From Minisyncoccia bacterium (GTDB lineage: Bacteria; Patescibacteriota; Minisyncoccia; Phycocordibacterales; UBA6065), in contig JBIIJY010000002.1 of assembly GCA_044233485.1 (NCBI GenBank), positions 8,047 to 72,046 on the forward strand: a stretch of DNA of 64,000 nucleotides, written 5' to 3'. Of the stretch, positions 47,401-57,445 are shown one piece after another; the stretch's first letter is position 1; every line of letters starts with the position of its first letter. The position numbers were made by a program, and so were the translations under genes. The notes below the pieces were generated by a model. That model made no database searches. It saw only the letters and a list, made by a program, of their open reading frames with translations, and had not been told where the DNA came from.

Positions 47401-49197
47401 AACTGTTGTTGTACCTAGTAACGTAAGTCCATTGGTTTCAACAACCGATGTAGCTGTTGATGCTAGGGTTGTAAATGTCTTTACATCTGTACTGTATGAT
47501 GTACCGCTTCCGTTTGTTGCATATGATTTGTAGTAGTATGTGGTGTTAGCAGAGAGTCCTGTTACTGAAGCAGAGTACGCTCCAGTTTCAAATATTCCTG
47601 CTTCTGTAGTCGTAGCCCCAAATGACAGTGTGGTTCCATATACGAAACCACGGGAGGTAGCACTACTTCCATTTGTATCTTGAATACTTCCGTTTAGTGT
47701 CGCTGTTGTTATCGCAATCAGGGACGCATCTGATGGAATTGTTGTAGGGGGTGAGTACGATCTAGTTGTAAATGACTCTATAGCACTAAAGCTTGTACCT
47801 CCAGAGTTTGTTGCATATGAGCGGAAGTAGTAGGTAGTACCTGGAGAAAGACCTGATACTGCCTGTTCTAGAAATCCGGTACCTGAATATGATCCGAGTG
47901 TTGATGTTGCAATTACTGTAGAGAGATTTGCTGATGTACCGTATGCAAATCCATATTGAGTTGCATCACTACCTCCTGTTGCTGTTATCTGACTGTTTAG
48001 TGTTGCTGAAGTGTATGATACGGCTGAAGCGAACAACTGAGATACAGTTGGCGGATCAACATCTGAAGTCGTTGTAAATGAGAGTTCTGAACCATAGTTT
48101 GTTGATGTGGCGTTTAGTGCAAACGCTTTGAAGTAGTATGTTGTGTTTTGAGTTAGTCCTGTTAGGTTCTTTGAGAACGCCCCTACTCCGTATGTTCCAG
48201 TATCGCTGGTTGTTGATGTGTATATACCAGAAGTTGTTCCATATACGAAACCGCGGGAGGTGGAGGAGGCAATACCTGACTGGGAAGTAATTGATCCATT
48301 TAGGGTTGCAGTACTTGTAGAGACCAATGAGGCAACAGATGTTGTGACTGAGGCACTATAGCCTAGTTTGTAAATTTCTAGAGCATCGTTTGTAGAGAGA
48401 GCTCGGTTGTAGATGCGGAGGTCGTCGATATATCCAGAGAGAGGAAAAGTGAACCCGTTAAGATCACCTCCTATCTGAAGTGGCCAAGCTGATCTCATTA
48501 ATGCGCCAGGATCAACACCACCACTCATGGGAGTATCGAGTAGAACACCGTTACGATACATCTTGAAATGACTTTGAGGACCTGGTGAATAAGCAAGAGA
48601 CATATTCATACCACTGAAAGTGATGACATAGTTAACCCAATTTGTTCTATAGTTTGTACCAGTTGTAGGACAGTAGCTAGGTAGATTTACACCAGAGCCA
48701 GTGTCTGCAGCGATCACAAAAGAAGAGGAATCTCCAGATGGATACGAGCTACAGGTATCAAGAAAGCCGGCTTCAACCATAAAGTACCCAATGCTCCCGG
48801 TAGGATCATTATAGAAAAGTGCACTTGGGTCGGAGGCCATTACTGATTTTGTAGACTTATACCAAAGCGATATTGTAAATGTTTCGTCTCGCTCGAAATC
48901 AAAGGCTGCCACACTATTTGTCATTTCAACATACCCTGTTCCATTGAATACCAACGCCTGTCCAACTGGCCCAGCAATAGTCGAAGTAGCCATTCCGTTT
49001 TTTATAAACGCATGGTTACCTTGACCAGAACTATCGGCAACGTTTGATGTTAGACTGGCAGTATCAAATGTATAGTGTCCTATCAAACCAGTGGTGATGT
49101 CTGCGCGCACTGTGGCAGGAAAAAAGCACACGCAAAGGAAGAACAAACTACATAGTACTGAAAAAATCCTCGAGGTGTGAGAACGGAAAGTATTCAT
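44464..49197 (-). CDS. Large surface protein: LamG-like, FN3-like repeats, peptidase C25-like module, FN3, partial PG-binding tail
   Basis: Signal peptide; GYIDDLRIYNRAL; four ATLNG...GF(V/A)YGT...L(T/S)xNTTYY-type repeats; KAVFLVGAIPVPYSG...PDGH...AWPADAYY; DTTAPSVPTGL; VRELQVFLN...GKET. Confidence 0.8.
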   Translation of the reverse strand: MNTFRSHTSRIFSVLCSLFFLCVCFFPATVRADITTGLIGHYTFDTASLTSNVADSSGQGNHAFIKNGMATSTIAGPVGQALVFNGTGYVEMTNSVAAFDFERDETFTISLWYKSTKSVMASDPSALFYNDPTGSIGYFMVEAGFLDTCSSYPSGDSSSFVIAADTGSGVNLPSYCPTTGTNYRTNWVNYVITFSGMNMSLAYSPGPQSHFKMYRNGVLLDTPMSGGVDPGALMRSAWPLQIGGDLNGFTFPLSGYIDDLRIYNRALSTNDALEIYKLGYSASVTTSVASLVSTSTATLNGSITSQSGIASSTSRGFVYGTTSGIYTSTTSDTGTYGVGAFSKNLTGLTQNTTYYFKAFALNATSTNYGSELSFTTTSDVDPPTVSQLFASAVSYTSATLNSQITATGGSDATQYGFAYGTSANLSTVIATSTLGSYSGTGFLEQAVSGLSPGTTYYFRSYATNSGGTSFSAIESFTTRSYSPPTTIPSDASLIAITTATLNGSIQDTNGSSATSRGFVYGTTLSFGATTTEAGIFETGAYSASVTGLSANTTYYYKSYATNGSGTSYSTDVKTFTTLASTATSVVETNGLTLLGTTTVTLHGDIISTGGSDTITHGFAYGTSPTLSSVIATSSLGTYSGTGSFSGGLTGLTANTKYYYRAYVTNAIGTSYGAIKSFVTVDNNGASISFDLPSGGMQNYTLQLNVTVNSGDPSITIEWPLESGVTSYTIYRKATTDINWGSSIASVLYGSRRFVDTNISLGTKYEYKVVKNITGGTFAYGYLYSGIEVPLVDDRGKVILVVDDATVAAMTDEVNQLVLDLSGDGWTVIYEEVDDSTATVSSVKTLIEGHYDADPTNVKAVFLVGAIPVPYSGNINPDGHSDHRGAWPADAYYGEMNAVWTDSTVNNTSSTGTINDNVPGDGKFDQSLSAVTANSNIEIAVGRLDLRSMGSFGTANALHEQYLNRNHNYRIGNYTTVDRAFLSDNFGVFGGEAFAASGWRSFSPLIGGDNIVVSTSSADFLNNIRTINYKWVYGAGGAGYTGASGVANSSDYAAAPTYGVFNMLFGSYFGDWNNSDNFLRAPLASAGGALTSVWSGRPHWYFHPAGIGEPMSASILASQNNQVGNNILYSGNRGSGASYMAFLGDPTLRTDVVKPATSLVVATTSSTTVSLAWTASADTVLGYHIYRAHTTSGPYTRVSTQLVTGTSATTTFDAYNAQYQVRAVLLETTPSGSYYNNSQGAHQSLTVYAAPVLHALPPAQGVISASSSPIAISVTDDQTLVGDLTLSVISSNTSLVPNQNVSFNFATGTWSMVVRPLNGQVGTTSIRVTASDGVNQTSQSFIYTVADVPDTTAPSVPTGLISSEVTTTQITLTWASSTDSGTSGGTASGVVGYVVYRGGAPIATTTAITFTDTGLSSGASYLYSVRSYDGAGNYSALSSVVTVSTVSTVSSTPGTSSSASGGSSRTRRFISTISTLFRPTAVTPVVPQVNTIPQVNPPSNQRQTTSLPPVQTPIQRSTSVRELQVFLNSTGFRVAPSGVGAPGKETNTFGINTERALLEFLELQTRLLLQGWGYTIKK

Positions 49198-49316
49198 GAA
49201 TTACAATCTAATTTTAGCACAGGATACTTTTATTTCTCTCTATTTGTGAACAACCTAGTCTATTTCTGGATCAAAAAACACTCCCGTTAAGGAGTGTTTT
49301 TTGATCATCTTTCAGA

Positions 49317-49979
49317 TTATTTCTTATCTCCGTCTGCCTCTGCGGCACCTTCTTCACCTTCTTTAGCCTCTTTACCTTTCTTTGCCACTTCAATCGTTGA
49401 AAGATCGATTGGAGCTGACTCTTCTTCCTTCTCTTCTCGAGGACGAGCGATAGCCGCCACCACTTCATCATCTTTTGTGACGAGAGTAACTCCGGCTGGA
49501 AGAGTGATATTCTTTGCGTGAATTGTACTTTCGAAGTCAACAAGTGTACTGATATCAACGACAATAGAGTGTGGAATCTTTGTTGGATCAGACTCAATTT
49601 CAAGCTCATAGAGCACCTTGACGAGAGTACCGCCAAGATCCTTAACCGCCCCTGAAACTCCAGTGAATTCAACTGGGACAGCGAGCTTAATCTTCTTGTC
49701 TTTGTCGAAGGCGTAGAAGTCGATATGTCGAACTCGGCCAGTCACTGGATGAATATCCATATCATGGACAAGAGTCATGACTTCGAGACCATCACCAGAG
49801 AGGGTGATTGGAGTTGTTTCTCCGGCTTTTCGCCACACTTTTGCGAAGTCGGAATATGCGATCGTAATAGGAGTCGATGGCTGCTTCTTACCGTAGAATA
49901 CGGCTGGGATCTTACCCTCGCTTCGAAGCGCCTCTAGATCTCCCTTAGGATCGCGCTTAGTAATTGTTAGCGTGATCAT
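49317..49979 (-). CDS. rplY: 50S ribosomal protein bL25 (Ctc form)
   Basis: LRSEGKIPAVFYG, HPVTGRVRHIDFY, IPHSIVVDIS. Confidence 0.93.
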   Translation of the reverse strand: MITLTITKRDPKGDLEALRSEGKIPAVFYGKKQPSTPITIAYSDFAKVWRKAGETTPITLSGDGLEVMTLVHDMDIHPVTGRVRHIDFYAFDKDKKIKLAVPVEFTGVSGAVKDLGGTLVKVLYELEIESDPTKIPHSIVVDISTLVDFESTIHAKNITLPAGVTLVTKDDEVVAAIARPREEKEEESAPIDLSTIEVAKKGKEAKEGEEGAAEADGDKK

Positions 49980-50045
49980 ATGGTTTTATATTTATTGAAT
50001 AACAATACAACTATAACACAGACAGAAGTAAAGTCAAAACCGAGA

Positions 50046-51254
50046 TTAGCCTACGTTTTGAGCGACGTTATAGATAGGAATAAGCACTGAAGCGAGGAGT
50101 ACACCCACGCCCAAACCAAGCATCACAATCATGAGCGGTTCAATGAGATCCACAAGCGTATCGACGGCATTGACCACCTCTCGCCGGTAGAAGTTTGCCA
50201 GTGTTGCGAGGATTTTACCAAGCTGTCCCGTCTCTTCCCCCACTTTAATCATGGCAATCATAATACCTGGAATCTCCTTGTGCTCACCAAGACCTTCGGA
50301 GAGTGCTTTACCACCTTTAATCGCATCCGTCGCTCGGGTCAAAATTTCTTCGAAAATTTTGTTATCTACCACGCCAGAAGTGAGTTCAAGGGCTCGCACC
50401 ATCGGAATTCCAGAGATAAGCATTGTGTTCATGTTGTCGGCAATACGCGACAAGTATAATTTTCGAAATAGACCTTTTACAGCTGGAATCGTGATCTTGA
50501 GCTTATCAAGTACGATGCGGCCAGTTTTTGTTCTGAAGTAATAGACAATTGCCCCAATACCGACAATGAGCAGTGCAATGAACAAGAAAATATACTGAGT
50601 CATGAACTTACTCAAAGCCAAAACGACCTGTGTGTAGATAGGAACCGCCTGTCCAGAGTCTGTGATAATGGTACTGATTTTCGGAATCACCACCGTCAAC
50701 ATGAGCGCCATCACCGCAAAGAAGGTGAAGACAACGAAAGCAGGATAGATGAGAGCGTTTCGGGCTTTTGAAGCCACTTCATACGTACGGTCTAGATAGT
50801 CAGCTAGGAAATTAAAAATCTCATCGAGCTTACCAGACTCCTCACCAGACTTCACCATGTTTACGTAAAAGTCCGAAAATACATCTTTGTGTTTTGAGAG
50901 TGCTTTTGAGATAGAAAGACCACCCTGAATATCATCCGCGACTTCAGAGAGTTTTATTTGAAGTGCCTTATTCTCGACTTCACCAGAGAGCAGTCTAAAG
51001 ATACGCAAAGCCGACACTTGAGCCTCGAAGAGGGTCGCCATCTGTCGGGACAAGATGACCACGTCTTTGTTCGATATTCGATTGAAAATCGCTATATCAC
51101 CACCGAGGATTCCACCTGTTTTCTGTGGCGTGATGCTTGCGATCACCAAACCTTGACGCTGAATACTAGCAATAGCGTTCTCTATGGAGACGGCCGTGAT
51201 TGTCCCCTCTCGCTTCTGCCCTGTCTGATCAAGTGCACTATAGTTATAAATCAT
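50046..51254 (-). CDS. pilC: Type IV pilus platform protein
   Basis: SRQMATLF, GEESGKL, ALIYP, GEETGQL, LIEP. Confidence 0.93.
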   Translation of the reverse strand: MIYNYSALDQTGQKREGTITAVSIENAIASIQRQGLVIASITPQKTGGILGGDIAIFNRISNKDVVILSRQMATLFEAQVSALRIFRLLSGEVENKALQIKLSEVADDIQGGLSISKALSKHKDVFSDFYVNMVKSGEESGKLDEIFNFLADYLDRTYEVASKARNALIYPAFVVFTFFAVMALMLTVVIPKISTIITDSGQAVPIYTQVVLALSKFMTQYIFLFIALLIVGIGAIVYYFRTKTGRIVLDKLKITIPAVKGLFRKLYLSRIADNMNTMLISGIPMVRALELTSGVVDNKIFEEILTRATDAIKGGKALSEGLGEHKEIPGIMIAMIKVGEETGQLGKILATLANFYRREVVNAVDTLVDLIEPLMIVMLGLGVGVLLASVLIPIYNVAQNVG

Positions 51255-51262
51255 AATTGTAA

Positions 51263-52324
51263 TTACATTAGTCGTTCAAGCACTTTTGGATTTGGTGAAT
51301 GCATGTAGGCACTCTCAATTGATATTTCACCTCGACGAACAAGGTCAACCAAGCAACGGTTCATATCAATCATCCCCTGTTCAAAACCAGTCTCAATCAC
51401 TGTCTGTATTTCGTGAATTCTATTTTCGCGTATCAAGTTTTGCACAGCAGTGTTTGATATCAAAAGTTCATATGCCGGCACAAGGCCACCGGAAATTCGT
51501 GGAATGAGTCGCTGAGAGAAAATGCCCGTCAGTGAGCCAGCAAGCTGAATACGAATCTGATCCTGTTGCTCAGCGGGGAACGAGTCAATAATACGACTGA
51601 TCGTCTGCCCGGCATTATTGGTGTGCAGCGTTGAGAGCACGAAGTGCCCAGTCTCAGCCGCTGTCACTGCTGACGACATTGTCTCGGTGTCGCGCATCTC
51701 TCCGATCAGTATTACATTCACATCTTGTCGCAGGGCAGAGACAAGAGCCGTGTGGAAATCTTTGGTATCAATACGCACCTCACGCTGATCAATGATTGAT
51801 TTTTTCTGCTTATACACGTATTCAATTGGATCCTCGATGGTGATAATATGCTCCGCTCGGCGCTCATTAATGAGGTCGATGATCGACGCCAGCGTAGTCG
51901 ACTTACCATGCCCTACCGGCCCGACCACGAGAAAGAATCCTTGCTTCCGATCAACAAACTGCTCGAGCGACTGAGGAAGGTTGAGTTCAGAAAAGGTTCT
52001 AATCTTTTCCGTAATGAGACGCAAGACGATTGAAACCGCACCTTGCTGGAAAAATGCATTTCCTCGAAATCGCCCCTTGCTCTGCACTGCGTACGAAAAG
52101 TCTATTTCTTTATTCTTAAGAAACACCTCTTTATCCTCAGGTCGGATAATCTGATTCAAGTAGGCATCTACATCTTCTTTCTTGAGAACAGGCTTTCGAA
52201 CAAGCGGAATAAGATTGCCTCCAACTCGAATCATTGGATGACGCCCTTCTGACAAGTGCATGTCTGATGCCCCTTCGTCGAAGACGATATTAAAAAGATC
52301 ACTCAGTTCTGTTGAGATATGCAT
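51263..52324 (-). CDS. pilT: Type IV pilus retraction ATPase
   Basis: ASDMHL, GPVGHGKST, TIEDPIE, GEMRD, AETGH, STLHTN, AVQNLIRE. Confidence 0.94.
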   Translation of the reverse strand: MHISTELSDLFNIVFDEGASDMHLSEGRHPMIRVGGNLIPLVRKPVLKKEDVDAYLNQIIRPEDKEVFLKNKEIDFSYAVQSKGRFRGNAFFQQGAVSIVLRLITEKIRTFSELNLPQSLEQFVDRKQGFFLVVGPVGHGKSTTLASIIDLINERRAEHIITIEDPIEYVYKQKKSIIDQREVRIDTKDFHTALVSALRQDVNVILIGEMRDTETMSSAVTAAETGHFVLSTLHTNNAGQTISRIIDSFPAEQQDQIRIQLAGSLTGIFSQRLIPRISGGLVPAYELLISNTAVQNLIRENRIHEIQTVIETGFEQGMIDMNRCLVDLVRRGEISIESAYMHSPNPKVLERLM

Positions 52325-52377
52325 ACGATTAAGTATATAGGAAAAACAGCAAAACTCTTCATACCTGTGAAGAGTCT

Positions 52378-52764
52378 CTACTGAGCAAAGAGAGCGTCTA
52401 CCTTTTCCAAAAGCGCTGAGGGGATGGTTTCTGACTTTACAATATAAATACTCACACCAATCTTTGAAGCCCGAGTAATATCTGATTCTTGGTTTTGATT
52501 GGAAAGTACCCCGAGTTTTGCCTGAGGCACTAAACCCTCTTTCTTAATAGTCGAAAAAAATTCAATCCCATCCATCACCGGCAACACCACATCAGAGAGG
52601 ATAATGTCTGGCACGACGCCGTCACGGAGTTTCTTAAGTGCATCAAGCGGAGCTGGCGACTTGATCACTTCATAACGGCCACTATTACTAAACTTCACCT
52701 CCCACATCTGTAAAAGCATCGGGTCATCATCCACAAATAGTATTTTTCGCTTTGGAGTTTCCAT
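52378..52764 (-). CDS. Single-domain response regulator
   Basis: ILFVDDD, PDIILSDVVLPVMDG, YIVKS. Confidence 0.9.
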   Translation of the reverse strand: METPKRKILFVDDDPMLLQMWEVKFSNSGRYEVIKSPAPLDALKKLRDGVVPDIILSDVVLPVMDGIEFFSTIKKEGLVPQAKLGVLSNQNQESDITRASKIGVSIYIVKSETIPSALLEKVDALFAQ

Positions 52765-52766
52765 GG

Positions 52767-54479
52767 CTAGAGTCTGAGCACTTCTTCAAAAGGAATTTCT
52801 TTCTTGAAGGCTTTAATATAGGCATCTTCCTTGAGGGTCAACATACCCTTCTTTCGAGCAATCTTCCAAATATCTTCTTCGGTCGGACTGTGCAGGATGG
52901 CTCGCTGTACATCTCGATCGACATCGAGAACTTCAATCACTGCTGCACGACCTTTCGTTCCGGTAGGATAATCAGCGGTTGGTTCTGCACGGAGAATTGC
53001 ATTAGTAAACGGAACATCTTTTTTAAATTCTTCAGGCAAGTCAGAAAACTGCTTCTGCATTTGACCACTATATACCTCATCAAGCACCTCCTCCTTACCA
53101 GCGCCAGGAGCAATACGCGCAACGAGACGTTGGGCAATAGCACAGATAAGTGTCGGTGCGATCAGGTACGGATCAACTCCCATATCCACCAATCGAGGAA
53201 TCACACCAATCGCACTGTTGGTGTGGATAGTTGAAAGCACCAAGTGACCAGTGAGAGCTGCCTGAATGGCAAGCTGCGCGGTCTCCTTGTCACGAATCTC
53301 TCCCACCATGATTATATCCGGGTCTTGTCGGAGAGCGGTTCGCAGACCGTTAGCAAAGGTATAGCCGATCTCTGAGTGCATCTGTGACTGATTCACCCCT
53401 TGCATTCGATATTCCACTGGATCCTCAAGCGACATGATGTTTTTCGCATCATCGTTGATCTCCCCCATCATCGCGTAGAGCGTAGTTGATTTACCGGAAC
53501 CTGTCGGACCAGAAATCAAGATCAAGCCATACGGACGGGTAATTGCGGCGCGAATTGCTTTCAAATTTCGCTCGGTCATCCCAATAGACTCGAGTGATTT
53601 CACTCCTCGGCTTGGGTCGAGAATACGCATCACCACTTTTTCTCCATCAACCGAAGGCAGTGTCGATACACGGAAGTCGACACGATCTTTGCCAAACATT
53701 GCGTAAAAACTCGCATCTTGCGGACGTCGCTTTTCATCGAGCTTCATCGTCTGCGTCATAATCTTGATTCGGGCCACGAGTGGATCAAGAAGTTTCTTTG
53801 GCAAGATAAGTGATGTCTTGAGGTCACCGTCAAGTCGAAAACGGACTCGGATACGGTCCTGCATCGGCTCGATATGCACATCAGACGCTTTACCTTCTAC
53901 TGCATAACGTAGAATCGTATTAACGATTTTTGCCACCGGCGCATCTTCGATAATCTGAGTCTTGTTGAGGTTTGCGCTTTCAGCAGAGTCACTCGTATCG
54001 ACATGAATAGCCGCCGTGGTCTCAAGCTCACTCACCGCCTTCGTCACTTCTCCTGAGAGGTTTTTATAAAGCTCGAGGATATGCGCGTGATCCTCTTCTG
54101 TAATCAAATACAGGACATAGGGCATGCCTGTCTTTACCGAGATAAACCCGAGAGCATCTCGCGCCTCGAGATTATCTGGATCAACAACTCCGACTTCGAG
54201 GGCGCCATCCTTGATGCCAATCGGTGCAATTTTATAATGTATTGCTGACTCTTCAGGGATTGTTGAGAGCACTTCAAAAGCGACCTGCGCGTCTCCGACA
54301 TGTCTTGTCTCGATTCCAGCGAGAATTGCCTTTGCATCAAAAATATCGGTCGAGGTAATACCGTACTTCACCAACACCTCCTCTACTCCTCCTTTACTTT
54401 TTTTTGCATCAGCCAAAATAGCTGGCACATCGCCTTCCGTGATAACCCCCTTTTGAATAAAGTAATCGGTAAGTCTCAT
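52767..54479 (-). CDS. pilB: Type IV pilus assembly ATPase
   Basis: ASDVHIEP, GPTGSGKSTT, EDPVE, LRQDPD, GEIRD, TGHLVLSTIH. Confidence 0.94.
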   Translation of the reverse strand: MRLTDYFIQKGVITEGDVPAILADAKKSKGGVEEVLVKYGITSTDIFDAKAILAGIETRHVGDAQVAFEVLSTIPEESAIHYKIAPIGIKDGALEVGVVDPDNLEARDALGFISVKTGMPYVLYLITEEDHAHILELYKNLSGEVTKAVSELETTAAIHVDTSDSAESANLNKTQIIEDAPVAKIVNTILRYAVEGKASDVHIEPMQDRIRVRFRLDGDLKTSLILPKKLLDPLVARIKIMTQTMKLDEKRRPQDASFYAMFGKDRVDFRVSTLPSVDGEKVVMRILDPSRGVKSLESIGMTERNLKAIRAAITRPYGLILISGPTGSGKSTTLYAMMGEINDDAKNIMSLEDPVEYRMQGVNQSQMHSEIGYTFANGLRTALRQDPDIIMVGEIRDKETAQLAIQAALTGHLVLSTIHTNSAIGVIPRLVDMGVDPYLIAPTLICAIAQRLVARIAPGAGKEEVLDEVYSGQMQKQFSDLPEEFKKDVPFTNAILRAEPTADYPTGTKGRAAVIEVLDVDRDVQRAILHSPTEEDIWKIARKKGMLTLKEDAYIKAFKKEIPFEEVLRL

Positions 54480-54482
54480 GCG

Positions 54483-54974
54483 TTAAAAGTTTGGCGTGAA
54501 CGGATTTGCACTTCCACCAGCTGGTCTTGTCGTTGGCGCTGGAGTAGGTGCAGGGGTCGGAGCGACAACAGGAGCCTGACTGCGATTGAGTAGGTTTGGG
54601 TTTCTATTTATGACCGCTTCGTCAACAGGGGCAAAAGGATTTGGTCGGCCCACGGTTTCCTCAAAGATAGCCTTACTCTTATCTTTGAGACGAAGGTAGA
54701 GCGGTGAAGCAAAGAGTTCAACATCAAGACTACGTATCTCACGCATCTGGAGCACTGCCTTGATCACTTGTTCGTCCACAACACCCTCCTGCACAGAAGG
54801 AGTAGTGGCCATAGCGGAAGTATCGGTCGATGCACCCATGTTCATCGTTGGCCCCATTGCCACCTGTTGTGCACTACCTGTCGAACGTTTCTGTGTCGCG
54901 AAATAGGTGACCGTACCGATAAGGCAGACCACGAAGGCAATGAGGAGTATTTTTTGTCGTTTTTCTTCAGTCAT
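54483..54974 (-). CDS. Membrane-anchored pilus-operon protein (PilP position)
   Basis: N-terminal TM, GRPNPFAP motif, located between pilO and pilB. Confidence 0.7.
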   Translation of the reverse strand: MTEEKRQKILLIAFVVCLIGTVTYFATQKRSTGSAQQVAMGPTMNMGASTDTSAMATTPSVQEGVVDEQVIKAVLQMREIRSLDVELFASPLYLRLKDKSKAIFEETVGRPNPFAPVDEAVINRNPNLLNRSQAPVVAPTPAPTPAPTTRPAGGSANPFTPNF

Positions 54975-54975
54975 A

Positions 54976-55584
54976 TTATTTTAACCAGTAGGTATTAGCT
55001 GAAAGGGCAAACGTATAGATTGCCGGACCAGAAGCAGACTTCTGAGCCGAGCCATCTTCAGTAACTGGACTGATCTTAATATCAGTCACATCAAAGATAC
55101 GCAAACTCTCTTCCATTCCTTGCAAGAGACTTTTAAACGTTGCGAGATCGGTTTTGACATTGAAGCTAAACTTTACGACACCGACACCACCATTAGACTG
55201 AATTCCTTGGGCTTGCGTGCGGAGCGGGGCTTGTGATTCACTTGTCTTTGAACTATCACCACCCTCTCCTGAGATATTGACGGTATCGAGCGGAAGGCCG
55301 TAGTCTGCGGCGATTTTCTGCAAATCAACAAACAGTCGAATATTGTCGATTGAGCTTGGGAGCAATTTATCGAGCTTATCAATCTCCCCTTTACCAATTT
55401 TCTGGTCTCGCTCTTCACGAAGCTTAGCCGAAAGTGCGCGATACTCATCAGTGATTTTGAGTGCCTCCGCGAGTCGCTCTTTCTCCTGAGTGATCTCAAC
55501 ATTACGAGCCACGAGAGTACGTGTTTGGAAGAAGTAGACACCTACCGAAGCAAGTATAAGTATGACGAGGACGATATTTTTCAT
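54976..55584 (-). CDS. pilO: PilO-like protein
   Basis: TM, coiled coil, LDKLLP, SLRIFDV; operon position. Confidence 0.8.
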   Translation of the reverse strand: MKNIVLVILILASVGVYFFQTRTLVARNVEITQEKERLAEALKITDEYRALSAKLREERDQKIGKGEIDKLDKLLPSSIDNIRLFVDLQKIAADYGLPLDTVNISGEGGDSSKTSESQAPLRTQAQGIQSNGGVGVVKFSFNVKTDLATFKSLLQGMEESLRIFDVTDIKISPVTEDGSAQKSASGPAIYTFALSANTYWLK

Positions 55585-56246
55585 TAGTTTTGCGTTTTCT
55601 TAAGTGAATTTTCAAGTCTGTTTTTTGCATTCACCACATTTTTATTCACGCTCATTTTTATTGTGAAAGAATATTTTGTCCGACCAGCGGGCGCAGATGA
55701 CTGCCCTGAACTTGATGATGACTGTGGCTGTACCGCCACGAGGTCGCCGACCACAAGATCAGATATCTCTCCTTGTTTTACTCGTTCAGACAATACTTGT
55801 GACTGATATGCGATGGTACCTGGAGTTGGAGCGATACCTTTCAGTGAGAGACTTGTAGTGTCTTTTGAACCGACTGAATATGAAAAATCGGTGAACTGAA
55901 CACTCTCGAGCGTCAGGTCGGCAATATAGTTGAAAATAGCTGACGACTCGAGATGCGCTTCGAGCACTTTTCGTGACTCTTTGATCTTTTTATCCAAAGA
56001 AACGAATGAATTGAGCTCGGCGATTGAGAAATCGCTTTGCTGACTTTTAATGGTCGCTTTGGTCACCTCTACCTCTTGCACGAGCTTTTTGTGCTGCAAA
56101 TATACATAGCCGTAGTAGCCCAGGGAACCAAGACATATAAGGATGGCAACAATCGAAAAAATATCAACGGCACGGGCACGTGACTTAGTATTCTCAACAA
56201 GTGGTTTCTTCGGTATGAAAGATGTCTGAAATTGCTGAGGATTCAT
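55584..56246 (-). CDS. pilN: PilN-like protein
   Basis: TSFIPKK N-terminus, TM, coiled coil; follows pilM. Confidence 0.75.
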   Translation of the reverse strand: MNPQQFQTSFIPKKPLVENTKSRARAVDIFSIVAILICLGSLGYYGYVYLQHKKLVQEVEVTKATIKSQQSDFSIAELNSFVSLDKKIKESRKVLEAHLESSAIFNYIADLTLESVQFTDFSYSVGSKDTTSLSLKGIAPTPGTIAYQSQVLSERVKQGEISDLVVGDLVAVQPQSSSSSGQSSAPAGRTKYSFTIKMSVNKNVVNAKNRLENSLKKTQN

Positions 56247-56296
56247 TACTTACCCAGTATACTCTGAGAGTAAGACCCTTCTTTTCTGAATGTGGA

Positions 56297-57427
56297 TTAG
56301 TTTTGACTGATTTTTCTTAGTGCAATACCAACAGCAATTGCAAAGGAAGGGCCAATAGTCGCCACCACTGGTTCCAGGAATTTTGGTACCTGCACGTGCG
56401 AAAACGGGTTGGCATAGACGACCTCAGTGTTTGGAAAACGCTCTCGGGCAAGCTCATAGAGCCCTTTTAGGAGTGATCCTCCTCCAGTCAGTGACACTCG
56501 CTTGATGTTTTTGCCATACTTTTGACCAAAATTTGAAACTGAACGTTCTGCTTCGAAAAAGAGATGGTCGAGGGTGATATGAATAATATCGTTTACCGGC
56601 TTGTACTGAGGATCATTTGAAATACCGATCGCCGTCTTGAGACGCTCTGCCTCGTCGAAAGTAATCCCCATAGACTGTGAGAGAGCGAGCGATATCTCTT
56701 GTGCTCCACGGTTGACGATATACGTCGATCGGAGTACTCCTTGCTCAAGAATATAGTATTTGGTTGAGTTGGCCCCAAAATCAATGACGAGTTGAGCAGC
56801 TTGGGCTTCGTCTGCCACTGAGCGAAGTGCACTAAATATCTCTATTTCAAAAAATGAAGAATTAATCTTTGCGAGATTAGTAATAGTCTTGTAGCTCTGC
56901 AAAGCTTCATTATGTATGACCACCATCAAGATATTCGTCATCTTCATTCCCGTGCTTTCTTTTCTAATCTCATATTCAGAATACGGATCATCGAGCTCTG
57001 GTACTTCAAGCCAGTCGAGCGTGACTTCCGAAAGCGGAACTGGGACGTACTTGCGTGCCTCCATCGGGACAATCTGTGCAAGCTGCTTTGAATCAACTTT
57101 CGGGATTTTTATAAACGTTACAAAACTCGAAGACGTCGGTATAGCCACCCCAGCATCACGAGAAGTAATCTTTGCCTCACGGAGGAGATCCGTAATTGCC
57201 TCTACGACTTTTTCCTGAGTAGTTCGAACTACTCGCCCTGGTGACTCGCCAGCATAGGGACCTAGGGCTATTTCTCCGTATGTTTCAAGGAGTACCGAGC
57301 CACCTTTTTTGCGTAACTGGACAATCTTGACTGAAGAAGAACCGATATCAATACCAATGACACTTTTTCCACTTGAGGAAAAAAGTTCTTTGAGTTGTGA
57401 GACAATCGTATCGAGGGGGCCTGCCAT
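56297..57427 (-). CDS. pilM: Type IV pilus assembly protein PilM
   Basis: IGIDIGSSSVK, EARKYVP, IDFGA, LTGGGS, AVGIALR. Confidence 0.93.
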   Translation of the reverse strand: MAGPLDTIVSQLKELFSSSGKSVIGIDIGSSSVKIVQLRKKGGSVLLETYGEIALGPYAGESPGRVVRTTQEKVVEAITDLLREAKITSRDAGVAIPTSSSFVTFIKIPKVDSKQLAQIVPMEARKYVPVPLSEVTLDWLEVPELDDPYSEYEIRKESTGMKMTNILMVVIHNEALQSYKTITNLAKINSSFFEIEIFSALRSVADEAQAAQLVIDFGANSTKYYILEQGVLRSTYIVNRGAQEISLALSQSMGITFDEAERLKTAIGISNDPQYKPVNDIIHITLDHLFFEAERSVSNFGQKYGKNIKRVSLTGGGSLLKGLYELARERFPNTEVVYANPFSHVQVPKFLEPVVATIGPSFAIAVGIALRKISQN

Positions 57428-57445
57428 ATATTTGTAGTATATCAG

